Assembly: GCA_964499825.1 (NCBI GenBank)
Contig: CAZCOP010000001.1
Location: 1-44,984, forward strand
Direction of reading: 5' to 3'
DNA from: an uncultured Candidatus Bathyarchaeia archaeon
GTDB taxonomy: Archaea > Thermoproteota > Bathyarchaeia > Bathyarchaeales > B26-1
DNA: 44,984 nucleotides
Below the pieces are notes generated by a model, which was given only the letters and a program-made list of their open reading frames with translations, did no database searches and was not told where the DNA came from. How positions within the stretch are numbered: the first letter of the stretch is position 1; every line of letters starts with the position of its first letter. A program made the position numbers and the translations under genes. This document shows positions 35,993 to 44,900 of the stretch, piece after piece.

Positions 35993-37938
35993 TGTTCCCG
36001 CAGCCTCCGCTTTCCCTTGACGGCCTCTCCCCGTGGCTTGTATGGCTCCTCCCATTAGCCTCGAGCATACTCGTCCCCTTCGTGGATAGGGTTGGCTCAA
36101 GGGTTAGGGATGGATTCGTAATCGTCGTTGGGGTTATAACGTTGATCCTGGCGGCCTCCCTAATCCCCGAGGCACATTCAGCGGTCGGCGGTCCGGAGGG
36201 GGTTGAGTGGATACCGGTTGTGGATGTGAAACTTGGGGTCTTGGTTGACCCGTTAAGCATCCTCTTCGCAAACCTGATAGCCCTCATAGGCTTGGTCGTC
36301 CTCATCTACTCGTTGAGTTACATGGCCCATGAGGAGGGTTTAGCCCGCTACTACTTCTTCATGCTCCTCTTCATAGGGTCTATGATCGGGTTGGTGATGG
36401 CCGACAACTTCCTCCAACTCTTCATCTTCTGGGAGATGGTTGGTTTATGCTCCTACGCCCTCGTCTCCTTCTGGTATAAACGCCCAGAGGCCGTGAAGGC
36501 CGGGGTTAAGGTCTTCATAATGACGAAGGTAGGTGACATCGCGCTTCTAGCCGGTATACTCATCCTATACGCAAACCTGAACACCCTATCCTACTCGGAG
36601 ATATTCCAGAGGTACGGGGAGGTTGCCACGCCAATCCTGACCGTGGTTGGGATGCTGATGCTTATCGGAGCCTTCGTCAAGTCGGCTCAGCTACCGTTAC
36701 ATACATGGCTCTACAGCGCGATGGAGGCTCCAACATCGGTGAGCTGCCTCCTCCACGGCGCAACCATGGTTAAGGCTGGGGTCTACCTGATCGCTAGGAC
36801 CCACCCGATCTTCTCCTCGATACCCCTCTGGTTGAACTCCACCGTCTGGCTTGGAGCCCTAACGGCCTTCATAGGTGCAACCCTAGCCCTGCACACTCCG
36901 GATATAAAGGGGGTTCCAGCCTACTCCACGGTAAGCCAGATAGGTTTCATGATGGCCGCCTTAGGTGTCTCACCGCATCCCATAGGCTGGTTTGCGGGTT
37001 TATTCCACATGATAAGCCACGCCTTCTTCCAGGGTTTGGGCTTCTTAGCGATCGGGAGTATAATACACCAGCTTGGAACTAGGGATATGAGGAAGATGGG
37101 CGGTTTGAGGAGGGATATGCCCTTCACATTCGCCCTCTGCATAGTCGTTATACTCGCCCGCTCCGGGATACCGCCCTTCTGCAGCTTCTTCAGTAAGGGT
37201 TTGATAGCGGGCATCCTCCTATCCTCCGGCGACATCTGCCTAATACTCCTGATATACTCAGCCACGGCGGTAACGTTCGCATACAGCTACAGATTTCTGG
37301 TCCTAACCTTCGCTGGTGAGAAGTCCCCATACCTGAAGAGGATTAAGGTTCACGAGGCTCCACTTTTGATGTGCCTCTCCTCAAGCGTGCTGGCCGTTGG
37401 AAGCGCCGTCTTCGGGTTCTTCGGTAACCCGCTGGCTAGATTCCTAGGTGTGAACTACGCCTTCAGGTTGGAGAGCTTCTTCAGTTTAGAGTCGCTCATG
37501 TTCATGACCACCCTACTCATAGGCGGGTTGCCCATCTACCTGATCTACCAGAGGAGGATTATACCGCCATCCCGGGTGAGGAGTGGGATCCTATCCATCC
37601 TTGATAGGCTCCTGGAGAACGGCTACTACTTCGACTCCCTCTATGGAGGGGTTGCCAGCTCCGTCATGGGCCTTTCCAGCCAGCTCCGCAGAGAATTAGA
37701 GATTAAGGTCTTCGAGCGTGTGCCCTACTTGGTTGCCAGCTCCGTCATGGGCCTCGCAAGGTTCAGCCTATGGAACTTCGAGGTGGCCCTTACGAGGCTT
37801 CTCCACCTAACCGCCATCGCAACAGCCCGCCACAGCGTCAAGATAAGGAGGGTTCACAGCGGGGCCCTCCCACACTTCGTCTTGGCGGCAACCATGGGCT
37901 TCCTCTTTTTATGCATCCTACTATTACTAACAGTCTGA
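35989..37938 (+). CDS. nuoL: NuoL-like antiporter-type subunit
   Basis: 649 aa. FIFWEMVGLCSYALVSFW and a long C-terminal region after YFDSLY are consistent with a lateral helix plus a final TM. Confidence 0.88.
   Translation: MMFPQPPLSLDGLSPWLVWLLPLASSILVPFVDRVGSRVRDGFVIVVGVITLILAASLIPEAHSAVGGPEGVEWIPVVDVKLGVLVDPLSILFANLIALIGLVVLIYSLSYMAHEEGLARYYFFMLLFIGSMIGLVMADNFLQLFIFWEMVGLCSYALVSFWYKRPEAVKAGVKVFIMTKVGDIALLAGILILYANLNTLSYSEIFQRYGEVATPILTVVGMLMLIGAFVKSAQLPLHTWLYSAMEAPTSVSCLLHGATMVKAGVYLIARTHPIFSSIPLWLNSTVWLGALTAFIGATLALHTPDIKGVPAYSTVSQIGFMMAALGVSPHPIGWFAGLFHMISHAFFQGLGFLAIGSIIHQLGTRDMRKMGGLRRDMPFTFALCIVVILARSGIPPFCSFFSKGLIAGILLSSGDICLILLIYSATAVTFAYSYRFLVLTFAGEKSPYLKRIKVHEAPLLMCLSSSVLAVGSAVFGFFGNPLARFLGVNYAFRLESFFSLESLMFMTTLLIGGLPIYLIYQRRIIPPSRVRSGILSILDRLLENGYYFDSLYGGVASSVMGLSSQLRRELEIKVFERVPYLVASSVMGLARFSLWNFEVALTRLLHLTAIATARHSVKIRRVHSGALPHFVLAATMGFLFLCILLLLTV
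37650..37754 (+). repeat. In-frame direct repeat inside nuoL (24-nt perfect core, 81-nt period)
   Basis: ggttgccagctccgtcatgggcct occurs at 37650-37673 and again at 37731-37754. It encodes (G/L)VASSVMGL twice. Confidence 0.85.
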
Positions 37939-37949
37939 GGTGATGTGAC

Positions 37950-39422
37950 GTGTTCACGCCGCTCTTGTTCGCCCTCCTCCTACCCGCCTTCTCGGCGTTG
38001 CTCGTCTATCTGGTTGGTGGCAGATCCGTTAGGGCAGCCGCAGCGGTAGTCCTCTTAACATCGATCCTCGATCTTACAGCCATATTGACGGTTGTTCCGA
38101 GGGTTCTCTCCGAGGGTGAATACTTAGAGTCCTATTATTGGATGCCCATGTTGGGTTCTCCGTTGACCCTATTCGTTGACGGTGTGAGCCTCTCGATGGC
38201 CATCGTAACATTACTGCTCATAATCTCGGCTGTCCTCTTCTCGGTCGGCTACATGGAGGAGAGGGAGGGCTTGAGGGAGTACTACGCCCTCATGGCTCTA
38301 TTAACCGTCGGCCTGGTCGGGGTCTTCATAACATCCAACCTCATGGTCTTCTACTTCTGTTGGGAGTTCATGCTTATCCCAACCTACTTCATAATTGGGG
38401 GTTGGGGTTATAGGGAGTCCTATAGGGCTGCGTTCAAGTTCTTCATATTCACCCATGCAGGAGCGGTCGCTGTGCTACTCGGGGTTGGAGCCGTCTACAT
38501 GCTCACCGGAACACTAGACATGATCGAGGCTAGAACCCTACTGATGGCTTCCCCACAGGAGATACTGAGGTGGATATTCATAGCCTTCACCCTAGGCTTC
38601 GCCGTGAAGATGGCGGTGGTACCGGTCCACATGTGGCTACCAGACGCACACGCCGAGGCTCCAGCCCCAATGTCGGCCCTCCTAAGCGGGGTCATAATCG
38701 AGGCTGGCGCATATGCGATATTGAGGATCTCCCTTGGTATGGTCCTACCGTCGATAAGTGATGCAACCCTGACAAGCCGCTTCCTCTACGGCCTATCGAT
38801 CTTCGGTGTTATCTCAGCCTTTTATGGAGCTATGACCGCCCTAGCCGAGAATGATATAAAGAGGATAGTTGCCTACTCGAGTATAAGCCATATGGGGTAT
38901 GCCCTCTTTGGCCTATCCCTGTTCCCGCTGGCTGAGGGCGTTGTGGGGGTTGTCCTACACCTCGTCAACCACGCCGTAAGTAAGGGCCTACTCTTCCTAA
39001 ACGCTGGGGCCATAATGAAGCAGACCGGTTTGAGGGATATAAGGGAGATGGGCGGCTTAGCCTCCAAGATGCCCCTAACAGCGGTCTCAACGGCCATCTC
39101 ATCCTTCAGTATAGCCGGTATACCAGCCTTCGCCTGCTTCATAAGTGAGTTCCTAATCTTCATGGGAGGCTTCCAGGCTGGGGTGTCCGACAGCTTCTAC
39201 TACACAACCACAGCCCTGATGGTGGTGGCGACGGTATTCAGCCTCGCCTACGTCCTACGACTATTCTGGAGGGTCTTCCTAGAGAAACCCAAGGTTGAGG
39301 AGGTTGAGAGGGGATCGATCTACATGGCTTTACCGATGGCCATACTCTCAATTGTCGTCGTGGTATTGGGTGTATGGCCAGGCCCCGTGATCGAGTTGAT
39401 AAGTACAGCTCAACCGGGTTGA
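37950..39422 (+). CDS. nuoM: NuoM-like antiporter-type subunit
   Basis: 490 aa. FYFCWEFMLIPTYFIIGGWG and VPVHMWLPDAHAEAP are present. Confidence 0.88.
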   Translation: MFTPLLFALLLPAFSALLVYLVGGRSVRAAAAVVLLTSILDLTAILTVVPRVLSEGEYLESYYWMPMLGSPLTLFVDGVSLSMAIVTLLLIISAVLFSVGYMEEREGLREYYALMALLTVGLVGVFITSNLMVFYFCWEFMLIPTYFIIGGWGYRESYRAAFKFFIFTHAGAVAVLLGVGAVYMLTGTLDMIEARTLLMASPQEILRWIFIAFTLGFAVKMAVVPVHMWLPDAHAEAPAPMSALLSGVIIEAGAYAILRISLGMVLPSISDATLTSRFLYGLSIFGVISAFYGAMTALAENDIKRIVAYSSISHMGYALFGLSLFPLAEGVVGVVLHLVNHAVSKGLLFLNAGAIMKQTGLRDIREMGGLASKMPLTAVSTAISSFSIAGIPAFACFISEFLIFMGGFQAGVSDSFYYTTTALMVVATVFSLAYVLRLFWRVFLEKPKVEEVERGSIYMALPMAILSIVVVVLGVWPGPVIELISTAQPG

Positions 39423-39423
39423 G

Positions 39424-40932
39424 GTGGAGGCTTTGATAGGATTACTGGAGGCTTTAACCCCAACCGTCATCCTCATCCTATCAGCCCTAATCACCGTTCC
39501 GGTGGTTGCGTTGATAAGGAGGGGGGATAACCGCCACAGAAGCCTCATAATCTTGTGGGTTATCATACCCTTCATCCTAGTCGGGATCAGCCTCATAAAC
39601 CTAAGCCGTGAGTATTATGGGATGGCTGGGGAGACCCCCTTCATCAACGTCTCCCTCATCGGTGGAGCTGGAGCCGCCCTATCAAGCTCCTTCCTCATAG
39701 ACGCCGTCTCGCTGTATATGGCCTCAGTCTACCTAATCATGGCTTTGCCCTCATGCATCTATAGTATATTGTACGTGGGCATGGATGATGAACTCTCCGG
39801 TAGATACTTCGCCTTGATGTTCATGGTCTTGGGGAGCGTCATAGCGGCGACCTTCTCCGGCGACCTCCTCACACTCTTCATCTTCTGGGAGGCCTCCGCC
39901 GCCGGCTCATGCTTCCTCATAGTATACGGGAGGAGGGCGGAATCTATAGAGGCCTCCTTGAAGTACTTGGTCATGATAATCATAGCGTCGGGCTTCATAG
40001 TCTTCGGCCTATCCATAATCTACGGCATAGTCGGCTCACTCAACTTCTGGGCTGTGAGGGAGGTCCTCCTATCCATAACCGACAAGAGACTTCTAGTCGC
40101 GGCCTTCGCCTTCGTCGCGTGTGGCTACGCCATCGAGACAGCTGTAGTCCCCTTCCACATGTGGCTTCCAGACGCCTACACAGCTGCGCCCCCATCATCT
40201 GCGGCCTTCCTCTCAGCCATAGTGGACCAAGCTAGCTACTACGTCTTCATGAGGGTTCTGGTATACATATTGACCCCTCCCCTCATCCTGAACTGGCCCC
40301 CCGCCTTGGGGGTCTTCTCAGCCCTCACGATGACTGTTGGGAACCTCTTCGCCCTAGCCCAGAGCGATGTGAAACGTATGATATCCTATGTCTGTGTTGC
40401 GGATATAGGCTATAACCTTGTAGCCATAACGAGCGTGAAGCCGATTGGGGTTATGGGAAACCTGTTCTTCTTCTTCGTTGGCGGTATGACTACCGCTCTG
40501 GCTTTCATGGCTATAGGTGTTCTAAACGATATGGGTTTGAGGAGCTTGGAGGACCTATCCGGGATCGGTAGGAAGCTTCCGCTAACCAGCCTAGCCTTGA
40601 TAGTTGCGGTGTTATCCTTCTCGGGTATACCGACCTTCGCCGGCTTCATGGCTAAGTACCTAGTCTTTACGGCGGCTATAGAGGCCGGTATGGGATGGCT
40701 GGCGGTTGCGGGGGTTTTAAACACCGTTCTCCAGACGGCTTACCTGATAAGGCTCATTCATTACATGTTCGCTAGGAGGGCGAGGCGTAGGGTTGAGGGT
40801 GAGGAGCCCAGAAGTTTGATGGTGCCCATCTACATGCTGGTGGCTGCGATAATCATATTGGGGGTCTATCCGGCTATTGCCTTGGCGATGATAAACCCGG
40901 CTGCTGAGCAGTTGAGCCTCCTCATCCCCTGA
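39424..40932 (+). CDS. nuoN: NuoN-like antiporter-type subunit
   Basis: 502 aa. FIFWEASAAGSCFLIVY and VPFHMWLPDAYTAAP are present. Confidence 0.88.
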   Translation: MEALIGLLEALTPTVILILSALITVPVVALIRRGDNRHRSLIILWVIIPFILVGISLINLSREYYGMAGETPFINVSLIGGAGAALSSSFLIDAVSLYMASVYLIMALPSCIYSILYVGMDDELSGRYFALMFMVLGSVIAATFSGDLLTLFIFWEASAAGSCFLIVYGRRAESIEASLKYLVMIIIASGFIVFGLSIIYGIVGSLNFWAVREVLLSITDKRLLVAAFAFVACGYAIETAVVPFHMWLPDAYTAAPPSSAAFLSAIVDQASYYVFMRVLVYILTPPLILNWPPALGVFSALTMTVGNLFALAQSDVKRMISYVCVADIGYNLVAITSVKPIGVMGNLFFFFVGGMTTALAFMAIGVLNDMGLRSLEDLSGIGRKLPLTSLALIVAVLSFSGIPTFAGFMAKYLVFTAAIEAGMGWLAVAGVLNTVLQTAYLIRLIHYMFARRARRRVEGEEPRSLMVPIYMLVAAIIILGVYPAIALAMINPAAEQLSLLIP

Positions 40933-40994
40933 GAGTGTGGTGAGTAAAGGTAAATATTCCTCGACGTTCATCCTATGGTTGGAGATGTAAACCT

Positions 40995-42515
40995 ATGGCG
41001 GGGGATAGGAGCCTAATAGCCTTCGACGAGTTGAACTCAACCATCATAAGCCAAGGCTTCTGCACTCTATGTGGAGCATGTGAGGCAGCCTGCCCCGTCC
41101 ACGCCATAAGGATAGAGGGAGATAAGATACACTACGACGACTGCTCACATTTTCTGGACTTCTGCTCGATCTGCTATGATATATGCCCCCACACCGAGCC
41201 CCTCCTGATGGAGGCCATGAGGTTCGTGATGGACGCCCCGGTAAGGAGGAGCGCCCTGGGATATTATAGGAGGATAGTCCTAGCCCAAGCCGTTGACAGC
41301 AAGATTAGGGAGCTGAGCCACGGCGGCGGCGTTGTAACAACGATCCTATCCCAGAGCCTCGAGGATAAGATGATCGATAGCGCCGTAATCTCCGAGGTTG
41401 AACTCAAAGCCCCCTTGAGGCTTAGAACTCGGATAGGCCTCGTCCCTGACGATGTCCTCTTAGCTGTGGATAGTAAATTCTCTCCCTCCTCCGTGGCGAA
41501 GGCCTTCGGAAGCGCCGTTAGGGAATATGGGAGGAGTAAGATAGCCTTCGTCGGGGTTCCCCATCAAGTTCTGGCTATACGTAAACTTGAGGCTTGGGAG
41601 CACAAGATAACGAGAAGCCTTAAGGTTACGATAGGGCTCTTCTGCCTCTGGGTCTTCTCCCGGGATATCCTCCTCAACTACTTGGAGGAGAAGTTCGGGG
41701 TTCGACGCACAGACATCGTCGGGATAGACCTCACAGACAAGTATGAGGTCTACACCAAACGGGGGATTGTTGAGGTCCCGATAAAGGAGCTCATGGGCCA
41801 CATCCTGAACAAATGCAAGACGTGTATGGACTTCACATCTGAGCTCGCCGACATATCGGTCGGTGGAGCCTATCCACTGAAGGACTGGTCTGTGGTCATC
41901 GTAAGGACCGAGAGGGGTGAAGAGATATTCAATAACGCCCTGGAAAGGGGGGCCATAAGAATTATGGATATAGAGCGGCATAGGGATGTCTTCACGCACC
42001 TACTGTCCATGGCTATGCGTAAGAAGGAGATGGCCTTAAGGGAGGTCAGGAGGCTGCGCAGTATGGGCCTATCCATACCCCCGATCGATTACACCTTAAC
42101 ATTCCTTAGCCCAGAGGCGTCGGTGATGGCTGAAACTAGGGTTGGCGACGTCATGACGAAGAAGGTCATGTCCGTCAACCCCTCGATGACGGTAAACCAG
42201 TTGCTGGATAACATGACCAAGCACCACCATATGGGGTATCCGGTCTTGAATGAGAAGGGTGAGCTTGTTGGTATAATAACCTTTGAGGATGTCATGAGGG
42301 TTCCGAAGGATGAGAGGGATAGGGTTCTAGTTGGGGAGGTTGCGAAGAAGGAGATAATCATCGCCTACCCGGATGAGACGCTCCTAGAAGCCTTCGAGAG
42401 GATGAACGAACATGAGATAGGGCGCCTCTTGATAGTGGACCCGAAGGACCATAAGAGGCTTCTGGGAATATTGACCAGAACTGATATAATGCACGCTTTG
42501 GGGAGGAGGTTTTAG
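40995..42515 (+). CDS. FrhB/FpoF-family (F420 hydrogenase/dehydrogenase beta-like) Fe-S flavoprotein fused to a C-terminal CBS pair
   Basis: 506 aa. It starts with ferredoxin motifs (CTLCGACEAACP, CSICYDICP). The FrhB-type core follows (SHGGGVVTTILSQSLEDKMIDSAVI, IAFVGVPHQVLAIRKL, CKTCMDFTSELADISVGG). It ends with two CBS repeats (VGDVMTKKVMSV..GYPVLNEKGELVGIITFEDVM; VGEVAKKEIIIA..RLLIVDPKDHKRLLGILTRTDIM). Confidence 0.8.
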   Translation: MAGDRSLIAFDELNSTIISQGFCTLCGACEAACPVHAIRIEGDKIHYDDCSHFLDFCSICYDICPHTEPLLMEAMRFVMDAPVRRSALGYYRRIVLAQAVDSKIRELSHGGGVVTTILSQSLEDKMIDSAVISEVELKAPLRLRTRIGLVPDDVLLAVDSKFSPSSVAKAFGSAVREYGRSKIAFVGVPHQVLAIRKLEAWEHKITRSLKVTIGLFCLWVFSRDILLNYLEEKFGVRRTDIVGIDLTDKYEVYTKRGIVEVPIKELMGHILNKCKTCMDFTSELADISVGGAYPLKDWSVVIVRTERGEEIFNNALERGAIRIMDIERHRDVFTHLLSMAMRKKEMALREVRRLRSMGLSIPPIDYTLTFLSPEASVMAETRVGDVMTKKVMSVNPSMTVNQLLDNMTKHHHMGYPVLNEKGELVGIITFEDVMRVPKDERDRVLVGEVAKKEIIIAYPDETLLEAFERMNEHEIGRLLIVDPKDHKRLLGILTRTDIMHALGRRF

Positions 42516-42516
42516 G

Positions 42517-44858
42517 CTACTCACACCTTAATGCATCGGACAACCTTACAGTTGTTGCATATAACCCCAGGATGAGGCCGCTCGGCAGGATGGTCATCAC
42601 TATGAAGATTAGAGAGTCGATTAGATCGGGGCTGAGAGTTCTATCGGCGTATAGAAGACCACCGTTCTTGAAAGGAACCCGCCGAGTATGCCGAGCAGTA
42701 TCGGCGTCGAGGCTACGCATAATGCAGCCGCCAGCAAGCCGAGGATGAGCACCTTAGTCAGTACCATCATGATGCAGCTCTTCCTGCTCATCCCGAGAGC
42801 TCTGAGGGTTACGATGATTATCCTCTCCTCGTTTAAGTCATGCCCAACTATGCTGAATATCAGCATAACTGAGGTCACCCATGTGAAGATTATCATGGTT
42901 GCTGCCACTGACTGGAAGGTTCTCGTGAGGATATCGGTCATTATATCGAGAACCCCAGCCTTCTTTATGTGCCACAGGTATCCGGGCGCGTTATCCCTTA
43001 TCTCCTTGATGAGGCTACTCAGCTTCACGCCCTCCTTGGCCTTGACGATTATCGCGTTCACCTTCCCCTCCCTCCCCTCGAACCTCTGCATCATGAATAA
43101 TGGGACGATGAGCGCGTTGAATACAGGGTCACGTCTTAACCCAACCACCGTAACCTGGATCGTTCTCTCACCGTTTGAGAGGGTTATCTTATCCCCAACT
43201 CCAACACCTAGAGTATCGGCTATCCTCTCGTTAAGTATGCCCTCGTTCCCGTCCTCGGTGAACCACCTGCCCTCCGTTATGTGATAGTTGAAGTAGGGGG
43301 AGTTCGGCTTCATCCCGACGGCTAGAAGCGTGTAGCCCTCAACCCTAACCTGTGTATAGTAGGCGAACTCTAGGAACTCCACGTCATCCACAACCGTCTG
43401 AAGCCTCCTCTCAAGGAATGTGGAGTTCATGTACCTACTTAGACAGACGAAGAAGTCGAAGTTCAGGGCATCCGATATCTCCTCCACAAGGTTCCTCTGG
43501 GACTCAGACGCAGCCGTTAGGGCCGAGTTTATCGTCACGCTTATAACTATAACCAAGACGACGACCAACTCCCTACCCTTTCTCCTAGACAGCCCCCTGA
43601 GGGCGTACCTGAAGAATAAGGGTCCACCGCCGTGCATAAGCCTCCTCTTCACACTGAATGGAGCTGAGAAACCCGGGAAGATCTTGACCGCCTGGGCTGC
43701 CGGTATCCTTGACGCCGTGACCGATGGCGGGATCACCATTACCATCGAGAGTATGACCTCTAGGATCATGTAGAAGGCTATCAGCCTATTGTTCTCAATT
43801 ATTATCTCAAGTAGGGAGCGCGTTATGTAGATCACGCCCTCAAAGGTTAAGGACAGTGATGCGAAGCCGCTTATTAGAAAGCTGGCCGCCAAGACCCCCA
43901 GCAGACTCCCTGATAAGCCGCCGATGAAACCTAGGATCACGCCTCTGAGGATGTATGTTAGGGTTATACCCCTACCAGCTGCACCCATCGCCTTCAGTGT
44001 CCCTATCTCCCTATGCTCCTGCGTAACCATAAGGCTTAGCGAGCTGTAGAGTAGGGCCATGCTGACGGCGAAGATCGAGGTTCCTATGAGGGATATAAGC
44101 TTGACGAGGTAATTGTAGTAGGCCTCAGCCTCAACCATTGGTATTACGTAGCCCTCAACCGTCTTCGAGGTTACGCCGTATGGTTTCAGCCTCTCAGCCA
44201 AGTTGTCCATCACACCGTCTACGTCGTAGCCCTCAACCACCCTCACTAGGATGGTATTAGTAACGTTCCCCACTTTCATGAGCCTCTGAAGAGTCCTTAT
44301 CGGTATGAGGGCGTAGGCTATTGAGCTTACATACCACCTAGGCATCCATACGGCCCTACATGAGCCCACTACTTTAAGGGTTAAGTTCTCCCCCAGCATC
44401 GTCACGAGTACGGATTTACCCAGCACAGACTCACCGTAGTCCGCCTCGACCAAGATTGCCTCCTCATCATCGCCCGGCATCCTCCCATTAACTATGATGA
44501 CCCTATTCAGCTTTAGGGGGAAATCTACGCCTATAAGGAGTATATCCGTGCTCTCCGGCCATCCATGGATTGTGTAGGCGGTGCTCCTCACGGTCAAGCG
44601 TTCCTCGAACGTTTTGACCCCCTCAACGTCGGCGCATATATCCTCCACCATCGATGTTAGGGTTGGCTTAAAGTTTATCGAGAAGTCCGCCATGTTGGCG
44701 TCCTCAATCGATGCCTCCACAATCGATGGTATCTCCTCAAGGGCTATGGTTGAACCTGTTAGAAGCATAATCCCTACCGTCATCATGAGTAGGGTGAAGA
44801 GGGACCTTCCAGGGCGTTTAGTCAAACCCCTCCAGGCGAACCTTAGGTAAGGCTGCAA
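42517..44858 (-). CDS. ABC transporter permease with two FtsX domains, 3' end frameshifted
   Basis: There are two repeats of LR.L..R.GR + TM + large loop + 3 TM (RFAWRGLTKRPGRSLFTLL; FRYALRGLSRRKGRELVVVL). The main ORF stops at 42621. The missing last helix and the family C-terminus (..DLIDSLIFIVMTILPSGLILGLYATTVRLSDALRCE*) are in another frame, running down to 42517. Confidence 0.8.
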
Positions 44859-44873
44859 TCTGACGCATCTCAG

Positions 44874-44900
44874 TTTTGATTAAAAAATTTTGATTAAAAA
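44874..44900 (-). repeat. Tandem A/T-rich box (ttttgattaaaaa x2) upstream of the permease; probable promoter elements
   Basis: The 13-nt unit occurs at 44874-44886 and 44888-44900, which is 16-42 nt upstream of the TTG start at 44858 on the minus strand. Confidence 0.4.

Noticed and set aside
31315-40932. Annotating the operon as a conventional NADH:quinone or F420H2:quinone oxidoreductase.
   Set aside because: The NuoB and NuoCD homologues carry complete hydrogenase-type Cys signatures and a HycE-like tail, and nuoE/F/G are absent. A plain Nuo or Fpo call would ignore what the sequence shows.
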